Assembly: GCA_051881655.1 (NCBI GenBank)
Contig: JBJEQH010000154.1
Coordinates: forward strand, 1 to 38,819
Direction: 5' to 3'
From: Candidatus Heritagella sp.
GTDB taxonomy: Bacteria > Bacillota > Clostridia > Oscillospirales > Acutalibacteraceae
Length of the DNA: 38,819 nt
In this document: in pieces, positions 26,900 through 34,510 of the stretch
How positions within the stretch are numbered: the first letter of the stretch is position 1
Layout of the letters: the number at the start of each line of letters is the position of its first letter
Notes under the pieces: model-generated
The model's database searches: none
The model's input: the letters and a program-made list of their open reading frames with translations, nothing else
What the model was told of the DNA's origin: nothing
Position numbers and translations under genes: made by a program

Positions 26900-29014
26900 T
26901 CACCGCTGGTATTCCCGCTCGATCAGGGCCCGCAGGGGCTCGGTGCGGTGCCCGCTGGTTCCTACGGCGCGGTTGACCGGGTAATCGCCGAACAGATTTT
27001 TAAAGTAATCCACCTGGGAAATGACAAACCGGCAGACTTCATAGGCATCGGCGCCGCAGATGTTCAGCATAGCGGGGAAGGAGGAGAATGCCTCGGTGTA
27101 GTCAGCGGCAAAATCCCGGATGCCGCTTTGGATTTCTTTCATATAGTCAAATCCCTCGGTTTCCGGCAAATCGAACCGGTATCGGATGTGGTGCTCCTCG
27201 TCATAGGCAAAGCCCAGGAAGGACGGCGTGGGGGAAGCGAGCATCATCTCGATAAAGACACTGTACAGCCGCTGAACATCGTGGCTCTCCTTTATGTCGC
27301 GGTTTTTTCGCTGGGAGAAGGCATAGGCATCCATCCGCCCATTGAGCAGGGGCGTTTCGATGATGGTCTGATCGTGCAGGTAATTGGCGCCGATTACCGC
27401 GCCGTACACCTGACAGTCCATGTTCCACTCCTGTTCAACCAGATAACGGATGGCGGAAAAGCCGCTGGCGGCCCAACCCACATCCACACACAGAACCTTG
27501 TGGGCGCTTCCGATTTTTTTGGTGAAGTATTCCCGGGCAGCGCCCTCGCTCTGGGCCCGCTTTTCTTCAATCAGCTCCCAGTTGTGCAGCAGCACGTCCA
27601 CAATGGCATCGTAATTCTCCTGAGAGAGAATCGTGTCCGGTTCAATCCCGGCGCGGTGCAGCCGTTCCGTCATTTCGGGCAGATCCATGGCGGCACACAT
27701 TTCTTTTACCGGGATTTTCCGGGAGATTTTGTATTTGACATACCGCAGGATGTATTCATGGCGGAAGGCACCGGCGGTCAGCAGGGTGGCCGCAGCGCGG
27801 GACCAGTAGAAATACTCGGTGTTCTCCCCGGGGTATAGGCGGTCGTATACCTGCTTGAGAATATCCCCGTCCCGCGACAGAAAGAAGACCTTGCCAATGG
27901 ATTCACTTTCTGCTTTCCGGTGGAGGAACTGGCAGTAACCCAGCACCAAAAGACCCGCATAGGCATAGCCGAATTCATAATACGCACTGGCGCGGCAGGT
28001 GCCGCTGCACAGCTTGTTATTGACAATGCCGCGGTAAGCGGAGCCCACCAGGTCGGTCATATCCCAGGGCCGGTGGCCGTTTCCATAGGAGGAAACACTG
28101 CGCATGAAAACTGTTCCGATCCCGTTTTCCCCGGCGCGCCGGATGTCGGCTGTGTAGTTATCCCCGAAATGAAGAATCCTCTTTCCCGAATAGGCATCCC
28201 GGACAATCTGATACAGGCCGCCCTGCCGCTTGGAGACGCCATAGGCATTGGAGACAAAAAGAGCATCGGGATGATACCCGCATTTCTCCAGCATACGGCG
28301 GATGCACGAAGCGGGAAGATACATATCCGTCACGGCGATGACGGTTTTGCCCATATTGACCGCCATGTCATACACCTGCTTGAGATAGGGGTGGGGCATG
28401 CACAATTCCAGCTCGATTTCCATTTCGACCGAAGCGCCGAAAGCGGGATCCACGATAACATACCGGTTCAGCCGCTGATAGATTTCGATCAGTGTCACTT
28501 CGCCCGAGCCGGTCTGCTGTCGCTTTGCCTCCCGGGCTTCCGTTTCGGCCAGCACCCGGTAACGGAAAAAGCTGGGGCACCGCAGCTTCTCCCCCACCAG
28601 ATAAAACAGAGTTTTGGGGTCATCAAACGGGCGCAGCAGCAGAGTATCAAACACGTCGAACGAGATAACGTCATTCATCAGGATTTTTTTGGCGAGAAAG
28701 GGGTAGCTGGGCCGCCGGATGTGCCGGGTCTCCGGCTGATCGGTATAGGGCGCCAGCGAATACTTTCGCAATGCGGCCGCACTGACACGGTGGTGCCGCA
28801 GCCCGTCGCCGGCCAGAGCGGACAAATTGAGGAAAAACAGATACAGGGCCTTTCGGGGGCGGCTGATGCCGGGCTTTCGCTCCCGGTAAAAAGAGCGAAG
28901 AATCCATCGGTTCCACAGGGTGGCCATCCGCAGGAGCTTTCTCCGGATGCGGAAAAGGGTCCTTTTCAGAGAGGCGATTGTTTTTTTATAAAAAGCATAC
29001 ATGGGAATGCGCAT
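26900..29014 (-). CDS. Large HAD-superfamily protein, COG5610-like
   Basis: ISFDVFDTLLLRPF (motif I, dehalogenase-like spacing) and HFGDNYTADI (motif IV), then a domain of about 430 aa (FFLSRDGD..., VDVGWAASG...). The start is ambiguous: ATG 29014 or 29002. The ORF is open to 29473, but that part overlaps the upstream gene. Confidence 0.7.
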   Translation of the reverse strand: MRIPMYAFYKKTIASLKRTLFRIRRKLLRMATLWNRWILRSFYRERKPGISRPRKALYLFFLNLSALAGDGLRHHRVSAAALRKYSLAPYTDQPETRHIRRPSYPFLAKKILMNDVISFDVFDTLLLRPFDDPKTLFYLVGEKLRCPSFFRYRVLAETEAREAKRQQTGSGEVTLIEIYQRLNRYVIVDPAFGASVEMEIELELCMPHPYLKQVYDMAVNMGKTVIAVTDMYLPASCIRRMLEKCGYHPDALFVSNAYGVSKRQGGLYQIVRDAYSGKRILHFGDNYTADIRRAGENGIGTVFMRSVSSYGNGHRPWDMTDLVGSAYRGIVNNKLCSGTCRASAYYEFGYAYAGLLVLGYCQFLHRKAESESIGKVFFLSRDGDILKQVYDRLYPGENTEYFYWSRAAATLLTAGAFRHEYILRYVKYKISRKIPVKEMCAAMDLPEMTERLHRAGIEPDTILSQENYDAIVDVLLHNWELIEEKRAQSEGAAREYFTKKIGSAHKVLCVDVGWAASGFSAIRYLVEQEWNMDCQVYGAVIGANYLHDQTIIETPLLNGRMDAYAFSQRKNRDIKESHDVQRLYSVFIEMMLASPTPSFLGFAYDEEHHIRYRFDLPETEGFDYMKEIQSGIRDFAADYTEAFSSFPAMLNICGADAYEVCRFVISQVDYFKNLFGDYPVNRAVGTSGHRTEPLRALIEREYQR

Positions 29015-29067
29015 ACCTCCGTGATCCGGGCGGACCGGAATCCGCCGGAAAAAGTGAATGGCTGTGT

Positions 29068-30660
29068 TCAGGCGCTTTGGTGCGCCAGCATGGATGTGTA
29101 TTTCGAATCGGTGACAAAACTCAGCTCCAGTTCGGACGAACGCTTGCGAAGCTGAACGGCGATTTCCGCGTTTTTCTGCTGGGCCGTATACCGGTCCATG
29201 TACGAATCGAACCGGCTGTCCAGATAATTCTGCGCGCGCGGCTCGAAACCGTCGAAGCCCGCCAGGGCCGCGCTGGAGGCCCCGCACTGCACCAGCAGCT
29301 TCAGGAGCATCATTCCCGCGCTGTCGGGGGAGTAAGCGGAGGTGTTGGTCAGGGAGGAGTAGTTGACAATCAGGGCATCCGGATTGCGGCCGGCGAGGTT
29401 GGAAGTCAGCAGCAGCGGTGTTTCCCCGGCGGCACCCAGCTGTTCGTATCTTCGGGCATTGGTGACAAAGCACAGATCTGCCGGGAACAGCGGGTGGAGG
29501 AAGTTCACGCTGATGACAAAGGGCCGGTACTGCAAAATGTAATCACGGATCCGATCGGCCTGCAGCCGGCCGTTCTTTCCCGGTGCGAGAACCAGAATCC
29601 GGCGGCCGCTCAGCATGGTGCGCAGCGTCGCGATCGCCCGGCTGTCATCAATGCAGTTTTTCTGATAGGAGAGGTACAGCTGTTTGATCAGATCCACATC
29701 GAAGCGCTTGCGCTTGTCCGCCGGGATCTGATCGAGAATTTCCTTGATGGACTGGGCGCTGAGCGTCTGTTTGGCGATCAGGTACGCCGAATAGTTGGGG
29801 TGGCAGAAATTCACGGCGGACAGGTAGTACGCCAGCGAGTACCCCCAGGGGTTCGAGACATAAATGCCGGACAGATACTTGTCCGACAATTCGATCACGG
29901 GCAGTACGTCATAGCAGGTGCCGTTATTTTTGTTCAGATAATCCATGATCAATTCGGAGCAGAGGTTTCCCGCGCCCCGGCCGATCCCGTTGGCACTGCA
30001 GTCGATCAGCAGGGGGCGGTCGGTTTTGTAATGGATCATCTGCTGCGCGTTGGAAAAGGCCAGCTGCAAATTGTTGTGGGAGTGAAAGCCCAGACAAATG
30101 CCGGGGCGGAGATTATAGTCCGCCAGGAACAGCTGGCGCTGCAGATCGCGGGCATACATGCACCCCAGGGTATCCACAATATAAAAGGCATAGGGCTGAA
30201 TCTCATTGACCCGGAGGATCAGGGAGAGCAGCCGATCATCCGAGTAAAACGAGCTGCCCACCGGCTGCATAAACAGCTTATAGCCCTTTTCCTGGATGAT
30301 CCGGCCGTAGGTTAACGCTTTGTCGATTTCATCGGAGTGGAAAGTCAGGCGGATTCCTTCAATGCCGCCCGGATGGGCCGGCGGCAAAAGACGGGGATCG
30401 GTCTCCTTTTCCCCGATGGCGATCATGGCCACATACATATTTTTTCCATTGCCCGGCAGGGGACCGATGTCGTCGGGGGAGTGAAACAGGGAACAGTCCC
30501 TGTCCGCCGGTGTGTCGGTGAGAAATCCGCATTCGATGATGTCCATTCCGGACTGGGACAGGTTCTCGAGGATATCCCGGATCACCGCTTCGCCAAAACG
30601 CCAGTCGTTGATATAGCCGCCGTCCCGAAGGGTGCAGTCAAGCAGTCGAATCTGGCTCAT
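29068..30660 (-). CDS. DRE-TIM (HMGL/4-hydroxy-2-oxovalerate-aldolase-like) aldolase fused to a CstII/Maf (GT42/DUF115)-like domain
   Basis: N-terminal LLDCTLRDGGY, GFHSHNNLQLAFSNA (HxH) and DCSANGIGRGAGN motifs. The C-terminal ~180 aa (about 29071-29604) carry ILVLAPGKNG...VISVNF...SAGMMLLKLLVQCGASSAALAGFDGF. The start ATG lies 1 nt after the upstream stop (TGAtATG). Confidence 0.8.
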   Translation of the reverse strand: MSQIRLLDCTLRDGGYINDWRFGEAVIRDILENLSQSGMDIIECGFLTDTPADRDCSLFHSPDDIGPLPGNGKNMYVAMIAIGEKETDPRLLPPAHPGGIEGIRLTFHSDEIDKALTYGRIIQEKGYKLFMQPVGSSFYSDDRLLSLILRVNEIQPYAFYIVDTLGCMYARDLQRQLFLADYNLRPGICLGFHSHNNLQLAFSNAQQMIHYKTDRPLLIDCSANGIGRGAGNLCSELIMDYLNKNNGTCYDVLPVIELSDKYLSGIYVSNPWGYSLAYYLSAVNFCHPNYSAYLIAKQTLSAQSIKEILDQIPADKRKRFDVDLIKQLYLSYQKNCIDDSRAIATLRTMLSGRRILVLAPGKNGRLQADRIRDYILQYRPFVISVNFLHPLFPADLCFVTNARRYEQLGAAGETPLLLTSNLAGRNPDALIVNYSSLTNTSAYSPDSAGMMLLKLLVQCGASSAALAGFDGFEPRAQNYLDSRFDSYMDRYTAQQKNAEIAVQLRKRSSELELSFVTDSKYTSMLAHQSA

Positions 30661-30661
30661 A

Positions 30662-31336
30662 TCAGCATTGCCCTTCTTTCCGGGGGCGGATGTAGGTATC
30701 CAGGACCATTTGTGCCACATCGAAGTCAAACGGCTCATTGATATCACATGCCTCGATAAAATCCACCGGGAGCAGGCAGGGGGTTTCACCGATCCGCCTT
30801 CCCTTTTCCACGATCAGTTCCCGTTTAAAGGCATACATTCCCGTGGTTTCGGCGAACAGATTGCCGATGTCCTGGGTTCTGGGAATATGGGTGCTGTCAT
30901 AAAGGGGCTGGCCGTTCAGCCATACAAATTCATTCAGCCGTTTGACCGTGGTGGCACTGTCATAGCCGCCCGAAATAATGGCGTCCAGCCCGGCCTGCAG
31001 GGTTTTGGCAGAGAGAAACGGCGCCGTGGCATGAGTCATCAGATAGTTTTCGGCAGGTACTGCCTCGCAGAAGGAACGCATCACTTCCAAAATGGGGGTG
31101 GTCTGCCGATCCAGACGGGTGTCGCGCTTTAAGAATTTGATCCCCTCGGGAAGATAGGGCAGAACCTCCTCACTGCTGCAGTAGACAAAAGCGGCATCCA
31201 GCCCCTGAACATGGGTGAGGGAATCCAGAATATAGCACAGAAGCGGTTTTCCTCCCGCAAAGGGCCGGGTGTTTTTCCCCGGCAGGCGCTGGTTATTCAG
31301 CTTGATGGGAACGAAGGCGACGGATTTGTATTTCAT
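30662..31336 (-). CDS. Acylneuraminate/CMP-ulosonate-type cytidylyltransferase (NeuA/KdsB/SpsF family)
   Basis: N-terminal VAFVPIKLNNQRLPGKN nucleotide-binding loop, about 224 aa in a single domain. AAAGGAG RBS 8 nt before the ATG. Confidence 0.8.
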   Translation of the reverse strand: MKYKSVAFVPIKLNNQRLPGKNTRPFAGGKPLLCYILDSLTHVQGLDAAFVYCSSEEVLPYLPEGIKFLKRDTRLDRQTTPILEVMRSFCEAVPAENYLMTHATAPFLSAKTLQAGLDAIISGGYDSATTVKRLNEFVWLNGQPLYDSTHIPRTQDIGNLFAETTGMYAFKRELIVEKGRRIGETPCLLPVDFIEACDINEPFDFDVAQMVLDTYIRPRKEGQC

Positions 31337-32846
31337 TGAGGTAGCTCCTTTTCATTTTATTGTACCGGCTGCACAGCAGGCGGGCTTCTCTCTCGGTTCT
31401 GCGGTGGGCAGAAATCTCACAGATGGCGTGGGTATAGGACAGGGGACAGCGGATTCGCAGGCCGCCGAGTTTTTCAAGCAGGGAGGCGTCACGGCTCGAA
31501 ACGGAAATCCGGTGGAAATAGGGCCGGGCGATGGATCCCTCTTCGGGGGTGACCCGCACCGTTACCTCCATCATGCCGGACAGCTTCTCTTCGGTGACGC
31601 CGTTGGTGTAGGGGGCGGTTCCCAGAAACACACACAGCCCGTAGGGGCCGGTCTGGTTTTCATCGCTTTCGCACACGCCGCTGTCCACCAGCACCTTCAG
31701 GCGGGGGCCGTCTTTCCCGGATTTGTACATGGACTGAAAGCACTCGGCAGCCGTCCGGCTGACCCCGCGGTAGGTCTGTTCCCCGCTGCTGTTCAAAAAC
31801 TGCAGAATACGGGCCAGCGCGTAGAAAAGGTGCAGGCTCTCCGGATCCTTTTCCACCGCGGTTCCCAGGCTGCAGGTACGCCCGACAAAAGGGGCCAGCC
31901 CGCCCACCGCGGTGGAACTGATGGTAATGGCCAGCTGAGGCGGGGAATCAAAGACAAATGGAAGCAGCTCGGCGTTGACCTCGCGGGGCAGTATTTCGCT
32001 TTTTGGGAAAACACGCCGGTAATCCAGCCATTTGTCCTTGGGATGTGGCTTTACAAGAAGGCGGAAATCCGGAGCAAAATAGTCGGCCAGCAGGGTGGAG
32101 AGGTACTCCTGGGTTTCCAGGTCGTTTTCGGCCAGCGTCTCCAGATATTGCGTCAGAAACAGACAGGTTTTTTGGTTTGGGTCCAGTTTGATCGGCGTGA
32201 TTCCGTAAAAATCCAGCAGGGCGGCCCGGTCCTTTTCCGGCATGGAGCGCACGGCCTCGTACACGGAAAAATTCACGGCCCGGTCATCATGAAAACCGGG
32301 CAGTTGATTTTTCAGGTCACACAAACAGGCGGTCACCAGCGGGCTTCGTCCCGCCCCGTGAAGGTGGTTGCAGATGATAAAATTGGACAGGTTGAACTTT
32401 TTGGTAATCGCCAGATAGCGCTCCGGCTGTGAGAGCATGCCGCTGCCGTCCTCGATATACACATAGGGAATGCGGTTGTGCAGCAGATAGACGCCCAGCG
32501 ACCACTGATCCGATGCCACATACAGGGTTTCCATCTGCCGCAGATCCAGATCCAGCCATTTTTCAAAGGTGTGGCTGATCGCCTCTGCCATGGCGTCAAT
32601 CTCCTCGGGTCGGCTGGTTTCATCCAGCGCGCCGCCCCGTTTCAGCTTGAAAGAGATCTCAGGAATCACCCTGACAAAGGAAAACCAGCCGTTTTCTTCC
32701 AGCCGGTTCAGCAGATCCCGGTTTTTCATTTCCGGCAGCAGGTATTCCGACAGGAACAGGCAGCACGGCCGGTCCCGATGGACCGTCATGCGGTGGCAGA
32801 TAACATACAATAGCTGATACAGGGTCGTTACATGGTACAGAATCAT
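31293..32846 (-). CDS. GT-B sialyltransferase-like glycosyltransferase, paralogue B
   Basis: E-D-G motif (YIEDGSG, 32445-32453) and HP motif (LVKPHPKD, HP at 32040-32045). The N-terminus LYHVTTLYQLLYVICHR parallels IYYAVTTYHILCCALHR of paralogue A. Confidence 0.7.
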   Translation of the reverse strand: MILYHVTTLYQLLYVICHRMTVHRDRPCCLFLSEYLLPEMKNRDLLNRLEENGWFSFVRVIPEISFKLKRGGALDETSRPEEIDAMAEAISHTFEKWLDLDLRQMETLYVASDQWSLGVYLLHNRIPYVYIEDGSGMLSQPERYLAITKKFNLSNFIICNHLHGAGRSPLVTACLCDLKNQLPGFHDDRAVNFSVYEAVRSMPEKDRAALLDFYGITPIKLDPNQKTCLFLTQYLETLAENDLETQEYLSTLLADYFAPDFRLLVKPHPKDKWLDYRRVFPKSEILPREVNAELLPFVFDSPPQLAITISSTAVGGLAPFVGRTCSLGTAVEKDPESLHLFYALARILQFLNSSGEQTYRGVSRTAAECFQSMYKSGKDGPRLKVLVDSGVCESDENQTGPYGLCVFLGTAPYTNGVTEEKLSGMMEVTVRVTPEEGSIARPYFHRISVSSRDASLLEKLGGLRIRCPLSYTHAICEISAHRRTEREARLLCSRYNKMKRSYLNEIQIRRLRSHQAE

Positions 32847-32850
32847 GGTG

Positions 32851-34170
32851 TTACTCCCCCTCCATCATGTGCGAAATCGAATCAGCGGCGGATTGGTACA
32901 GCCGGACGGCACAGGCCGACAGCTCGTCGCTGCGGATACCGGTACAGCGGGAAGAGCGGTGGAACGCACGGCCGTAATCGAGAACTCCCTGCCGGGCAAG
33001 GGCGCCCGCCCGGGAGAACTCTCCGTCGGTGAGGAGAACATAGGCGTCTTTCTGGCCGTTCAGCGCCCCGGAAAAATACGATTCCACGGTGTTCTCGCCT
33101 TCCGCGCTGCCCATAATGGGAACACCGAATACTTCTTCCATATAGCGCGGGAAGAAATCATCCGGGAGCCCCCCGACAGAAAGGGGCCCATCGGGATGGG
33201 CCTGATACAGACGGTACGCGGCCGCGTACACAATGGGGCCAATGTACAGAAAGGACAGCTCATAGGCGCGGTGGGGTTCGTACCGGTTGAGCAGTGCGGT
33301 CAAAAGTGTGTGCCAGTAAACCTCGGTGAATGCGCAGGGCGGCAGGGGGAAGCGGATTCTCTTTCTTAAAAAGGCCCGGTGGGGGATATAGTATGGCTTG
33401 GCCCCGCGGCGCATGGCCGGTTTTAGGAATCCGCGGAAATCACAGCTCAGCGCGGCGATGTCTCCCTCGGGCAGAGCCTTTTGCAATAGCTTCCCCTTTG
33501 AAAGCCCCAGATCGGAGGAACAGAGAAGGGTATCTGCCGGGATTCCGTTGGCGGATAAGAGAGCGGCGGTCTGCCGGCTGCCCAAACTGGTTACCGCCAC
33601 CGCGCACAGGGGAAGCCCGCAGGTGTGCAGAATCTCCGCGGCCCGTTTCAGATAGGGATTGGGCGTATAGAGTTTAAAAATCCATGCCTCTTCCCGGTGA
33701 AAATCGGCCTGACAGCCCAGCTTTTCGTTGATCTTTTCATAGATGGCTGCAAGGGGAAGGGTCGGGTCATCCAGCTTCTTTCGGGTTTTGGAAAAATTCC
33801 GAATGCCGTTCTCCCTCTCCAAAAGAGCAAAAAGGTCCGTTTCCTCGAGGGGGCACACCAAAAGGCTGCCGAATACATCCAGGCAGGCTCCGTGCAGGCC
33901 GGCCGCCGGAGAGATGAAATCCTGCACCCGGCGGCGCCGGTATTTTTCCGGGATGCCGTCGGACGCATCGGCTTTCCGATTGCGGAGAAATGGAAGGCGG
34001 TACAGCAGGTTTATTTTCAGCAGGGCCATGCCAAAAGCAATGGGAGAACCGGTGGCCTTCTCCGGATTTTCGGCGCGCAGCCGGGTGGTGGACAGACAGA
34101 TGTCCTCGTTGCCGTTGGTCAGAAAACCATAGAGTTGATTGAGCAGGGACGGTGACAGTTTTTCAAGCAT
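32851..34170 (-). CDS. Divergent COG5610/HAD-like protein, probably catalytically degenerate
   Basis: Alignable by eye to 26900-29014 (LDVFGSLLVCP vs FDVFDTLLLRP; PNPYLKRA vs PHPYLKQV; LGLSKGKLLQ vs YGVSKRQGGLYQ). The GDxxxD motif IV is absent. The start is taken at ATG 34170. The ORF is open to 34650 across the AT-rich intergenic region and the trkA start. Confidence 0.6.
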   Translation of the reverse strand: MLEKLSPSLLNQLYGFLTNGNEDICLSTTRLRAENPEKATGSPIAFGMALLKINLLYRLPFLRNRKADASDGIPEKYRRRRVQDFISPAAGLHGACLDVFGSLLVCPLEETDLFALLERENGIRNFSKTRKKLDDPTLPLAAIYEKINEKLGCQADFHREEAWIFKLYTPNPYLKRAAEILHTCGLPLCAVAVTSLGSRQTAALLSANGIPADTLLCSSDLGLSKGKLLQKALPEGDIAALSCDFRGFLKPAMRRGAKPYYIPHRAFLRKRIRFPLPPCAFTEVYWHTLLTALLNRYEPHRAYELSFLYIGPIVYAAAYRLYQAHPDGPLSVGGLPDDFFPRYMEEVFGVPIMGSAEGENTVESYFSGALNGQKDAYVLLTDGEFSRAGALARQGVLDYGRAFHRSSRCTGIRSDELSACAVRLYQSAADSISHMMEGE

Positions 34171-34227
34171 AATAAATTCCTTTGCCGCAGAATTGTTCAC
34201 TTTCAAAATAACAGGATAACAGGCAAA

Positions 34228-34233
34228 ATTATA
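34228..34233 (-). promoter_or_regulatory. Candidate -10 box for the glycosylation operon
   Basis: The minus strand reads TATAAT about 55 nt upstream of ATG 34170, with only a weak -35 (ATTACG). Confidence 0.3.
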
Positions 34234-34419
34234 AATTCCGTTTTTCTTTCGTAATGTTGCGGTAAAAAATAAATAAAGCCCCAACCCCCAAAAAGGAGAG
34301 AAAAAGCGGAAATTTTGGGATTTTGGTTTTATAAAAAAGCCCGGCTGGCTGGTTTTTTGTGGAAGAAAGGAGAATTTGTGTGTTTTCCCTTTTTGATGGT
34401 GGAACAAAAAGAAAAACGG

Positions 34420-34428
34420 TGCTATAAT
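34420..34428 (+). promoter_or_regulatory. Candidate extended -10 promoter of trkA-trkH
   Basis: TGcTATAAT. The leader contains the ctttggct/agccaaag hairpin (34447-34471) and a GC hairpin just before the RBS. Confidence 0.35.
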
Positions 34429-34510
34429 GACTGCGTATGTCCGGTGCTTTGGCTGATGGAAAAAGCCAAAGGGAAAGGACCGCGCACCGCGCGGAAGAGG
34501 AGAACCGAAG

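Noticed and set aside
26068-32432. Series of plus-strand ORFs (26068-26892, 26948-27838, 27920-29155, 28978-30315, 30337-31132, 31269-32432)
   Set aside because: All lie antisense to the seven-gene operon. Only the minus-strand products carry recognisable catalytic motifs (DLDGT, HP, EEG/EDG, CTLRDGG, HxH, LPGKN), RBSs and coupled junctions.
34171-34510. Possible c-di-AMP (ydaO-type) or other riboswitch upstream of trkA
   Set aside because: I looked for one because K+ transporters in Firmicutes often have it. The leader from the predicted -10 is only ~80 nt, and I could not find the conserved ydaO-type core sequences. Only two simple hairpins are present. An Infernal scan would settle this.
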